From the NCBI GenBank assembly GCA_000002445.1, contig AL929603.2, positions 896,001-960,000 on the forward strand: a stretch of DNA of 64,000 bases, in the 5' to 3' direction. Shown in pieces: positions 20,553 through 30,500 of the stretch. Origin of the DNA: Trypanosoma brucei (lineage: Eukaryota). The position numbers were made by a program, and so were the translations under genes. Below the pieces are notes generated by a model, which was not told where the DNA came from, did not search any database, and saw nothing but the letters and a program-made list of their open reading frames with translations. Each line of letters opens with the position of its first letter. The first letter of the stretch is position 1.

Positions 20553-23500
20553 ATGTACACGCTGTACCCCCGCTTTGATGCTCAACCCTCCGATCCAGCG
20601 CTTTTGGGGGAGGCTGCAGGAAATGAGTTACTGAAGGAAGTGACAGATCTGACGTCGAAGGGACACCGCATGGACGTTGGTGAATATATTCCCTTTAGGC
20701 GTTCACTGCGGTTCAACACACCTCAAAGCCGCCGCCCGGCCCGGCGCAGACGAGGCCTGCAGGACACGGCACCCGAGTACGAATCTGAGGGAAGCAGTGG
20801 CTTCTGTAGTGATGTATTGGCTACTTTTGCCAGCCAGTTGCGCTGCCTCTTCCCCTGCTGTGGTCCCAGGAGGGTGGAGGATGAGAAGCTTTGGTTTGGT
20901 TTCGCCATGACACGAGGAGTAAGAAATATATACTTGCGTGTGGTGCGGCAGCACCCAATCGTTTCCATGATTGTCTGGTCCGTCCTCTTCTTGTGCGAGA
21001 CAACGATGGTGGCCATTTATTTGTGGCAAGTGTCAGGTGTTGCAGAGGGCGCCACGTGGAATTCTTTCACTGAGGAGGAATTAGGCTTGTGCTTCTGCAT
21101 AAGCAGTGCCCTGTCCATTTTACTACTATCCCAACTGATCTTTGCGTACTCCTTTACGCCTTTTACCATCGTTGTGGTGCTCGTTACAACTATCTATCAG
21201 ATTGTCCTCCTTTTTATGGCCTTGGTTTTCGGCCTGACTTGGGCGAGTCGGATGTACGTTCCGATGTTTCTGCGGTGTTGGCCCATGCGGCAGTATTTTC
21301 TCTTTCTGCTGGACTCCGTGGCCATGTTGTCATCCAGTAGTGATAGGCTCGATGTTGTTCGTTTGGCAGCACCATCGCTTTCGTTGTTCTTAACCATGGT
21401 ATTCACAACTGCGTGCATCTTTCAAATTCAGCAAATTTTTTCCGGCACGATGATTGGCACAATAGATTCGCTGTACTTTGTCATGGCGACCGTATCAACG
21501 ACTGGGTTCGGTGACGTTCTTCCGCAGGGCAACATTGGCCGTATGTTGACGATTGGAATTATCTTTGTCTTTCTTGCGAAGATGCCTTCGTGGATTGTGG
21601 TTGTGGTAGGGATGGTGAAGATGCTGCGTGACTTTCCGAAGTACGGCGGTCCACCGCATCACTTCATCGTGTATGGTCACGTGAGCCAGGAGGACGCTGT
21701 GTCCATACTTGACGAGGTCTTCAAACTATACCCAACGAGATCTGTGTGCTTTTGCAATGCAAGTTTTCCGCGGGATGTTCTATCATTGGGTGGACACCCA
21801 AATTATAGGATGCGCAGTACATTTATGGTAGTGAAGGTACTCAACAAGGCTTCGCTGCATCGCATGCGGGTGAGTGAGGCGGATGCGGTTATCATTTCCC
21901 CAACTAGCGATGGGACGGCGAAGGCGCGGGACGATGACGTGTTTTTGTCCTCCGTTACGTTCCAGCGGCATGCACCTTTTGTTCAGCAGTACCTGCAACT
22001 CCGATTCGGTACCCACATCAAACTGCTGGAGGAGCGCGAAACGATGGTGGATCAGAATATGAGGAGCATTATGGCGAGTGCTCTTATTCTTCCCGGTATT
22101 GTTCCATTTTTGGTGAACCTTGTTCGTACTGCATCGTCAGGTGGAAGCTCTCCGGCTTCTCTGTGGTCTGAGGAGGGAATGGATAACTGGAAGGACCTGT
22201 ACGAATACAGTCGGCGCGCTACATTTCGCACATTTACGGTTCCACCTTATTTTGAGCGGCGGCCTCTGCGGGACGCAGTATACCTGTTGAAGACCTTTAA
22301 TGTATTAGTTGTTGGCGTGGAGGAAGGGAGGAATAGGATGATGATACTCGACCTTGATTATAAACTTGCGTTGAGTGACACTATCCTTGTACTACATGAA
22401 AGTGGTAGCGACAGTGTGGACCTGGCGCTAAGAGCGCTTGACCCAACAGAGGGCTCCCGTGGGAGCATGACGGGGTGTGATAGGAGTGAGCAATGGGAGG
22501 CGCGGATGGCTTCGCCCGCGGCTGATGCATCCGCACAAAGCGGCTCCCGTGGTGACGTGCCGGACGCTGAGGTGGAGGAGTTGGGCGCTGTTGGAATCGA
22601 CAGCGCGAGCCTCATTTACCCGTTCAACCCAAGCTTTGAGGTGCCTACTGGTAGTAATGAGGAGGTGCCATGTCTCGGTACAGAGTGTGACAATTCGCCT
22701 GGAAAGACTCCACCAGTGGCGATGCAGGGACATAAAGGGAAAGCAAATGTGCCATTGCCGAACAGTGTAGCTCTCTCCAAAGGTACCATCACCAGCGTGT
22801 TGGATATGCAGGTCGAAAGACTGCGGAGGAGGCTGTTGGGAGAGGACTTCGTGGTTAAATGTTTCGGTGATGTTTCACTCTCACGCCTTCCTCTAGGCGG
22901 TTCGTTGGCGGTGCTGACGCATTTGCTGAACTGGCGCCAGGCGGTTTGCACAAGGTCTGAGCCTGTGGAATCTTCGGTTGAACGAATAGAGCGGCAGATC
23001 AATGACATACTGAGACATGTAAGTAACGAGTACCAGTGCGGGAGGAGCGGGAAAGCCCCTGGGGAAAACTTTCTTTTTATTGACCATGTGTCCTCGTTCA
23101 AACAACCATTGCTAGAGTCCATGTATGACCATTACCTTAATGACCATGCTTCACGGTTTGAACTCGTACAAATGATGCGTTGCATCCGGGGCATTCACTC
23201 CCGCTCCCGCGTTACACTTCTCAGTTGGCAGAGTCTGAGCGATTCTTTCCTCCGGCAGTGGGACTCTTCATTTGAGTTTCCCCTACGACATATTCGGGGC
23301 TCGAGTACAATGGAGTCTCACTTAAACTATGCCATCAAGGAAAGTGGAGGGGCGGCTAACCTGCGTGGTATTCTCATATACTGCTCACAGCTTAGTCACT
23401 GGGACTTTAAGGACGTCCCGCTTGTTGCTGTGGAGAACAACATACGCGCTATCCTTGATTGCCATGCCACTTCGGAGAAGCAGCAACAGGGGGTGGGCGG

Positions 23501-24056
23501 TGGGTCGTCTCGCGGTGCAGAGGTGGAGCAGCAGGTTATGGTGGAGCTAAAATCCTTTAAGTCCTGCATTTCAGTTACACCTCACCACGCGGACACGGAA
23601 TGGCGACAGCGTGGTGAGGTCCATTTCCAGTACTCCCTGGCGTTCATGATGGGTCGTTGCTTCTCTGCCAACATGCTGCAAACAATTTTTATCCACGCTC
23701 ACCGGAATCGTTGTATTATGAAATTCCTTAACAACGTGTTGTGCCTGCATCGGCAGGGAAGTGTGTTTGATACAGGGGGGTGGAACAGCGGCGACAAGTC
23801 GGACACCACTCTTTTTAAGGTATGTGGGAACCAGCTTTTGCATTTTCAAACGTTCGGCGATTTGTTTGTGTTCCTCCTGAAACACCGTTCGTGGGTGGCC
23901 ATCGGTGTTTTCCGCCGATTCCCGACGTCTGAGGGGCTTCCAGGCGTTCCCCGCTATTTCATTACGAACCCCCCAATGAAAATGCCGTTAAGGGTTGATG
24001 ATGTGGTGTACGCCCTTTCTGGAGTCACGGGAGCACATAACAGAATGGGTTGCTAA
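20553..24056 (+). CDS. TbK1: Potassium channel subunit, Slo/MthK-like with RCK domains (Ca2+-activated-type K+ channel)
   Basis: The track start 20526 is GTG; the first ATG is 20553. Several TM helices are followed by a pore loop with the canonical K+ selectivity filter TVSTTGFGDV (~21496-21516). An S6-like helix (LTIGIIFVFLAKMPSWIVVVVGMV) comes next, then an RCK/Rossmann start HHFIVYGHVSQEDAVSILDEV, which resembles the HIVVCGH motif of BK/MthK channels, and a long cytoplasmic tail. The symbol TbK1 is assigned from memory: my recollection is that one of the two T. brucei K+ channel subunits lies on chr 1 a short distance upstream of the CFB1 array. This is unverified. Confidence 0.8.
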   Translation: MYTLYPRFDAQPSDPALLGEAAGNELLKEVTDLTSKGHRMDVGEYIPFRRSLRFNTPQSRRPARRRRGLQDTAPEYESEGSSGFCSDVLATFASQLRCLFPCCGPRRVEDEKLWFGFAMTRGVRNIYLRVVRQHPIVSMIVWSVLFLCETTMVAIYLWQVSGVAEGATWNSFTEEELGLCFCISSALSILLLSQLIFAYSFTPFTIVVVLVTTIYQIVLLFMALVFGLTWASRMYVPMFLRCWPMRQYFLFLLDSVAMLSSSSDRLDVVRLAAPSLSLFLTMVFTTACIFQIQQIFSGTMIGTIDSLYFVMATVSTTGFGDVLPQGNIGRMLTIGIIFVFLAKMPSWIVVVVGMVKMLRDFPKYGGPPHHFIVYGHVSQEDAVSILDEVFKLYPTRSVCFCNASFPRDVLSLGGHPNYRMRSTFMVVKVLNKASLHRMRVSEADAVIISPTSDGTAKARDDDVFLSSVTFQRHAPFVQQYLQLRFGTHIKLLEERETMVDQNMRSIMASALILPGIVPFLVNLVRTASSGGSSPASLWSEEGMDNWKDLYEYSRRATFRTFTVPPYFERRPLRDAVYLLKTFNVLVVGVEEGRNRMMILDLDYKLALSDTILVLHESGSDSVDLALRALDPTEGSRGSMTGCDRSEQWEARMASPAADASAQSGSRGDVPDAEVEELGAVGIDSASLIYPFNPSFEVPTGSNEEVPCLGTECDNSPGKTPPVAMQGHKGKANVPLPNSVALSKGTITSVLDMQVERLRRRLLGEDFVVKCFGDVSLSRLPLGGSLAVLTHLLNWRQAVCTRSEPVESSVERIERQINDILRHVSNEYQCGRSGKAPGENFLFIDHVSSFKQPLLESMYDHYLNDHASRFELVQMMRCIRGIHSRSRVTLLSWQSLSDSFLRQWDSSFEFPLRHIRGSSTMESHLNYAIKESGGAANLRGILIYCSQLSHWDFKDVPLVAVENNIRAILDCHATSEKQQQGVGGGSSRGAEVEQQVMVELKSFKSCISVTPHHADTEWRQRGEVHFQYSLAFMMGRCFSANMLQTIFIHAHRNRCIMKFLNNVLCLHRQGSVFDTGGWNSGDKSDTTLFKVCGNQLLHFQTFGDLFVFLLKHRSWVAIGVFRRFPTSEGLPGVPRYFITNPPMKMPLRVDDVVYALSGVTGAHNRMGC

Positions 24057-24196
24057 CGTTTACAAGAAGGGAGTGTTAAATTGTGACTAGGTAACCGTGG
24101 GGTTTAAGGGACATGGTTTGGTGTGCGTCATATATATATATATATATATATAATGCGTTTGTGAGAATGGTACTCACGCGCTGGTGCTGGGAGATG

Positions 24197-24199
<3 letters not shown>

Positions 24200-24270
<71 letters not shown>
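24200..24270. repeat. (GT)n microsatellite, ~35 units
   Basis: Uninterrupted tgtgtg run of 71 nt, 145 nt downstream of the K+ channel stop codon. Confidence 0.95.
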
Positions 24271-24272
<2 letters not shown>

Positions 24273-25099
24273 AGCCACGTTGGTTTCTTCTTCGATTAAC
24301 GTAACTTATTGTGTGTACATGCCTTTAGTCGTTCCCTTACCTCGTTTGCACAGGAATTGTGTGCTAACGTTGTTTTCCCTGCTTCTGTTCCCTCCCTTCA
24401 CAAGTGACGAGATGTGAACGCGCCGCTGTCAGCAATGTTGTTATTGCGGATTTCCCTTCTTTGTTTCTTTTTTCAGTTACCGTTTTCTCCATTATTCCCT
24501 TTATCCGCTTCTCTTTCCTTTCTGTTGGCACTGGAGTTAAGCCGTGAAGGGAAAGGAAGCCTGCGTTGTCGTTCTTTTTGCCAGCGTTTTGGCGTTCTTT
24601 CACTCTTTTTTTTTCCGTGCTTCACTCCCTTTTTTCGTGGCTGAGAGCGCGCAACTGAAAAGTGTTCATAAACGGCGAGATCGTGGTGGTGGTGGATGAT
24701 GAATGAGTTGTGGCAGTGTTTTTACCGTTCGCGTGTATAAGTGTTGTTCCAAGAGTGGTAATAGCAGTAAGAGTTGATAATGCTCGCAGCATTTTTTTAA
24801 AGTATATGGGTAAATGAAGAAAAATACATAAATATAAATTTATGTATGCGCGTGTGTAAACGTGCTTATAGCAATATGTGAAGGTATCTTACGATGCTGG
24901 TGTTGGTGCTTGCGTTGCGCGTCTATCTCTTTGGCCACATGCGCGCACCAAATGCGAAACTCTTTTTTGTCGCTGTAGATTTTTTTTATTTCGTTGCTTT
25001 CCCCGTCTGCTCCGTTGCTTATGGAGGGGAAGAGCTGTGTACTTGCTCCGACTCGTTAACCCTAGCCCTCTCCATTGTCCTTGTTCGGCAGGAGCAGGT

Positions 25100-25205
25100 T
25101 TTGTAGTTGAGTCTTTGCTCATATTCTTTCGTCATATTGTTTTTCTTTTCTTTTTTTTCCCCTCTCCTCTACCTCTCACTTGGAATTCATTGCCCCCCCT
25201 TTTGA
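25100..25205 (+). promoter_or_regulatory. Polypyrimidine tract upstream of hypothetical gene 25423
   Basis: gtctttgctcatattctttcgtcatattgtttttcttttcttttttttcccctctcctctacctctcacttgg. Confidence 0.35.
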
Positions 25206-25422
25206 AAAAAAATTGCGCCATCTTGTTTATTGTAAAAGAGGGTAATTGTTGCTCTGTCATCCAATTGGTGACGTGCATCTCTAGACGGTTGCAATAGCAA
25301 TCGTGTCAAAGGGGACCCGGAGGCCCGGCACAAATTGCAATAGAAAAAAAAAATAAGTGAACCCACGGAGAAATAACACTAATACCCAACGCCTGTGTGT
25401 GGAGCAGGGAGTTAAGCGTCTC

Positions 25423-26754
25423 ATGATAAAAAACGCGTCGCCACTGCATCCTTACAACATTGATGCACCAATGGGAACATCTCTGTGGAGAATAGGGCGC
25501 AGCTCGCAGCATCGACCCTCGCCAGAGTGCCACACCACCGTTCCAGATGTCGTGGCCACTGTTGCCACTGACTCGATGGATTCACACCATAATTCCACAG
25601 AAGAGAAGCCGTCGTGTTGCCCACGTCTGAGAACACCCGTGAGAGGTGATGACTACGATGGTTTGTTTTCACACGCGTGGTGGCGTTGTAGTAACTGCGT
25701 ACACGACCCGGGATTACTTGCCTACGGCCTCCATCGGACGGCTGCACTGTCATCCTTTCAGGCTGCTCAACAGCAAACCACATGCGCTGCACGGCTGAAT
25801 GGCTGTTCTCATCACGCCAATCTCGGTGGTAACGACTGCGGAGGGTCATATAATTTTGTTAGGGGTTGCTGCGGGAAATTCGGCTGTGGCCACCTTCCGT
25901 GTCGCGCAACCGCTCATGGCAGCGTGGCTGAAGGAGTCAACCCTATGCGGTATTGGCCACAGACAAACGAATACCACTCATATAACTACCCCCATGCCGC
26001 GGGGCGTGCGCACGAGGCGTCCGAATTAGCGCCGTCAGGAAAGCCAACGACGCGGGCGTGGTATCAAGTGCCCTGTGACACAAGTGAACTACATCCCCTT
26101 AGTCAGCCGTACAATATTTCGGAACGTCCGTCCACTCCACAGTGTGATGCCGCTACGGCTTCTGGGGGAGTGGAAGCACCCGACTGGTTAACCAGTCGCG
26201 CTCGGGCCCGGTATGAGCAGAGCAGGTCGCGATCGCCGGTGTGCACGCCATGTCGTTCCTCCCCTGTATTGGGCGGCGATGTGGAGGGAGCCCGAGGTGA
26301 AGCATTTGCCATTCATCGATTCAGTTGCCAGTTGGAGTCGTTGCAGCGGCGACTGGACGCATTGGAAGCGGAGTGTGTGGTGAAGTCTGGTGTTATGCAT
26401 GGAAGGCCACCACCGCATGGAGTGGGAGAAATGGGATCGGTATACACGGCGGATGAGTGTCCGAGCAACCGCAGCACTGCCGTAGCGCCGACTCCCTCAA
26501 CCCCAGCAACACCGCCGCCTTTGCCACCGGAGCCGAAGATGTCACCGATGGATTCTGCATCTCATGAAGGGACAACAATGAAGTCACCGCCCTATCGGCA
26601 AGTGTGGCCGCACTCGACACCATCGTCACCGACTGCAGGCGCGTCTGACAACGGCGGTGGGATTACACTTGAGCGTCTCATGCGGGCAGTGCGTTCGGCA
26701 AGGGAGCGGGCAAGGCAGCAGGACTGCCAAACTGCAGCCTCATCAAATGCATAG
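25423..26754 (+). CDS. Hypothetical protein, ~443 aa, Cys/His-rich central region
   Basis: The track ORF starts at a GTG at 25357; the first ATG is 25423. It contains CGGSYNFVRGCCGKFGCGHLPCR and other Cys/His clusters, with a Pro/Ser/Thr-rich tail. No family recognised. Its coding status rests on ORF length, strand co-orientation and the upstream polypyrimidine tract. Confidence 0.45.
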   Translation: MIKNASPLHPYNIDAPMGTSLWRIGRSSQHRPSPECHTTVPDVVATVATDSMDSHHNSTEEKPSCCPRLRTPVRGDDYDGLFSHAWWRCSNCVHDPGLLAYGLHRTAALSSFQAAQQQTTCAARLNGCSHHANLGGNDCGGSYNFVRGCCGKFGCGHLPCRATAHGSVAEGVNPMRYWPQTNEYHSYNYPHAAGRAHEASELAPSGKPTTRAWYQVPCDTSELHPLSQPYNISERPSTPQCDAATASGGVEAPDWLTSRARARYEQSRSRSPVCTPCRSSPVLGGDVEGARGEAFAIHRFSCQLESLQRRLDALEAECVVKSGVMHGRPPPHGVGEMGSVYTADECPSNRSTAVAPTPSTPATPPPLPPEPKMSPMDSASHEGTTMKSPPYRQVWPHSTPSSPTAGASDNGGGITLERLMRAVRSARERARQQDCQTAASSNA

Positions 26755-27434
26755 ACGGTGAGAAGGTGAAAGAAAACTGATGATCGAATTCCAAAAACTT
26801 GTTTGGATTCTTTTGCCCAGTGCATCCGAGTGTGTGAGGTGGGTGCAGTGATGGTGGTACGGAGGGCTGCTGAATGCTGCTGCGACTGGTGTGTCTTACT
26901 TGCACCTTAGGGGTAAGGAAAGAAAATATTATATCTTCATCTTCCTTCTACGCCTCTCTGTATTTTTCTGTTGAGCACTTGTAAACTTCATTTTTTTTGT
27001 TTGATCACGAAAGAATGTATCACTGTATGGCATGTGCCATATGCATGTTTGCTTTTACGGCAGTCGGTGGACACCCCTCAGAAATCGAGCCCAAGTACGA
27101 TTAGGCGTCCTCACCTCTCGTGCTTACTTACTTCCTTCGTTTTTTTTTTTGTACGGGCTCAACCGCTTCTAATTTATTTTCTTTTACTATTAATACCTCA
27201 GCCGTTTATATCTTCTCTTGGACCCTCATCTCATTATCCACTCTAAGCGGTTGACACCTTTTGGGTTTAACTGTTTACTCTTTGGTGTAAAGGACGGCTA
27301 GCGAGCCGCCACTATATTGGTGGTACTAAGCAAGTATCGAACACATACTGGTAGATAGATACACATTCAAACAGTTTGGTGAGTTACACCACATCATAGA
27401 AGCTAGACCGCATACATAATATTGTTATAATAAT

Positions 27435-27439
<5 letters not shown>

Positions 27440-27475
<36 letters not shown>
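27440..27475. repeat. (AT)n microsatellite, 18 units
   Basis: Visible directly, ~60 nt upstream of the WD40 gene start. Confidence 0.95.
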
Positions 27476-27478
<3 letters not shown>

Positions 27479-27538
27479 GTGCAAATCCCTAACTAACACT
27501 CTGACACGAATTATTTAAGGATCTGAGTGTGGCAAACC

Positions 27539-30500
27539 ATGGAACATCCCCATTTGCAGGTACACTCCCCCGGCCCCATTCGAGTGAGCATCGATGGGCA
27601 TTATGCCTTAAGTGGTGGGGCTGATGGAGTTGTGGCGCTTCACCCGCTCCGACGGTTCCCAACAGCTCAGCCGCTTTGGGCACGTCAATGCCATACGGGG
27701 GCCGTCACATGTGTGCGACTTCACACTGCCCTGCGTCTTGCCATCTCTTGTGGCCGTGACGGCACCGTCGTACTCCATGAAAATGTTATTAGCGACGTCA
27801 ACGCCACAAGCAACAATAACAGCAACACAAATGCTTCCACTGCTGGAACCGATGCTAACAGCGGGGAACATACGGTGCGCGTCATGTGTCGTGTAACTGG
27901 TGAATTGCGGACGGTACTGTTTGATTCAGAGAGACGGCGTGTCTTTATTGCGGGCGACTCGTTACGTTGCCTTCACATGTCACCAAGTGGCTGTGTGGTG
28001 CAAACTATTCCTATGTGTGTGCCATCCCCAGTTGTTTCTCTCGCTCTTTCACCGTGTGGGGGCGTGTTGGCAGTTGCGTCTGCTAGCTGTGCGCTAGGTG
28101 TTGTTTCAGTTTGCAGCTCGTCGTCAAATGATTCGGCATCGTCGCACTTCTCACGTGAAAACTCCCAAGAGTCACAGGAAAGGGCTAACCGGCTGAAGGA
28201 CTTGAAGATTGTTCTTCCAAATGTGTTAACACCGGTGGCTAAGCGAGAGGACGAAGTGGCCTATCGCCTCACCTGGTGCACCACTGGAAATGGTGCTTTG
28301 TTTCTGCTGGTTCCTCGAGTGACAGAGGCGCGTGTGCTGCGCTTTGAAGAGGCGACCACACCCCCATATACTCATCGGCTTCGACATGTTGGTAATATTG
28401 ATAGTCTTGGGCTCACGGATCTACTTGGTGTGGCATGTCACCCGTTGAGTGTGCACGTGATATCCGTGCTCCTGGTGAGCGGGGCAGGTACTGTTGTGGG
28501 AAAAGTGGATACACGCAAGTGGAATATTGTGCGAATCCGGTCACAAAATTACACGGGCTGTGCGGACGCCGAAGTGGACTCAACAAGTGGCGATGTGGTT
28601 GTGGGGACGCTGGACGGGAGGGTGACATATATGAAACGGGAGGCTCCAAAGGCTGTGGGAGCATCAACAAAAGGTGCCACGGAAGGTGAAGGCAAGACTA
28701 ACAGGGTGTCGGAAAGTGACTGTGGAGGAGCAAAGAAGAAGTTGAAGACGGAGCCATCTGTGAGGGACCGAAGCAGGGACGTGACGAATGGCGATAAGGC
28801 GGGGCAACGAAATAACCGGGAGGTGAGGGACGGTGGTGGTCGCGACGGTAGTGACGATGGGTTTATTGTTGATGACGACGATAGTGGTAGTAGCGGTGGT
28901 GTCAAGTCAGTTTCCTCAGGATCATCGGTTATGGCTGTGGAGGAGGATTTTAAACAAGTGGTTGCGGATCTGAAGCGGACGAATCCGACGTACGACGATG
29001 AGATCGATCAAAAGGAGCGACCATCCCGATGGCGGAGGGAAGATCCCCGTCGAGTAATACGTGACGTGGAGGATGGTGATGCTACGGGAACCCCCCGCCG
29101 GTCAGTTTTCCTCGATGACGAGGCAGAAGAGTCATCAGACGGTAACAGTGACGACGACGGTCGCGAGGAGGAGGATGAGGAGGGTGAGGATGATTATGAT
29201 GGAAACCATGTCGCCAGTACCGTGAGGGGACATGGTCGAAAGAAATTCAATGACGGTGGTGACAACGACTGTGACAGTGAAGCGGTGGACGTTGGAAGTA
29301 CATCAAGCTCCACACACTTGCCGAACGACGCAGCTGCCACACATTCGGGCGCAGCCATGGGTGGATCACCTGTCATGGATTACTTCTTTCAGATTGGCGC
29401 AACGCCCCCTGGGGAGGAGGGCAGTTGCTACCTTGCCTATAACTCCGTTGGGTACATTCACTGCACAGCCGAGGCGACCACAATTCACTTTCACGATATG
29501 TCCCTGCAAGCAGTACGGGTTCTGGAGCGTGGGACAATGCTTATGGCTTCTCTCAGTCCTGTTGGGGCTGCTTTTGTTATTGCGCAGGAGGCTACTGACA
29601 TGGAAAGTGTTGATGACCTCGTTCCACGTCTTACCATTTACTACCGCACCTTTGTTTCTATTGGCTTACAACCTGATTGGCGGTTGCGACTTCACACGGG
29701 TGAGGTGGTGCGTTGCATTGCCACCGGTGTGCGCTATACGGCCGTCGCAACGAGCCGTTACCTTCGTATTTTCTCACTCTCTGGATTGCAGCTCGCCGTA
29801 ATAAGCCTATTTCCTCGCATTGTAGCGATGGTGGGAACCAACAGCAAAAAAGTGATGCAGGGCTACGGGGCAGATTTTGACCCACTTGCTGTGTGTTACC
29901 TTGAGGGGGGTGGGGAGTTGCGGCTTCAGGTGCTCGATGTGGGCTCTAGAAGTGTGGTGGTGCCCGCTACCACTGTTCCAGTCACTACAACACATCAGCT
30001 GCAATGGATGGGTTGGTCAGAGGATGGTCCACTTCACATTGCCGACACCGCTGGTGTGTTGCAGATGTTCACACAGAATTGGGGTGGCAGTTGGGTTCCG
30101 GTCTATGATCCGCGGTGTATGAATGATCAAACTTACAACCTGTGGATTTGGGGTGTGTGTGATGAGTCCATGCTTGTCTATCGTTCATGCAAAGACGATC
30201 CACCCTATCCAGCTGCCGTTGCAAGTGGGTTACCAACTGAGCGGGTATCGTTGTTTCTTCCTCTGCTACACTCTGGCACAGAGCGGGATACGGTCATGTG
30301 GGATCATCTTATACGCCGTGAGGTCCGCACAGATGAGATAAAGCGACGTAGCGACTTTTATACGAGTAATATCGCGAAACACGATATGTTGCACGACAAG
30401 AAGATTATGGAGTTCTTTAATAAGGCACTAGGTGATCAGCAGACCTCGAGAGCGGTGGATCTTGCCACATTTCTTGAACTTCGAGACAATATTGAGGTAT

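Noticed and set aside
24878-25297. 139-aa + ORF between K+ channel and next gene
   Set aside because: Starts with GTG, is low-complexity with a poly-F/L tail, and overlaps the polypyrimidine tract of the downstream gene.
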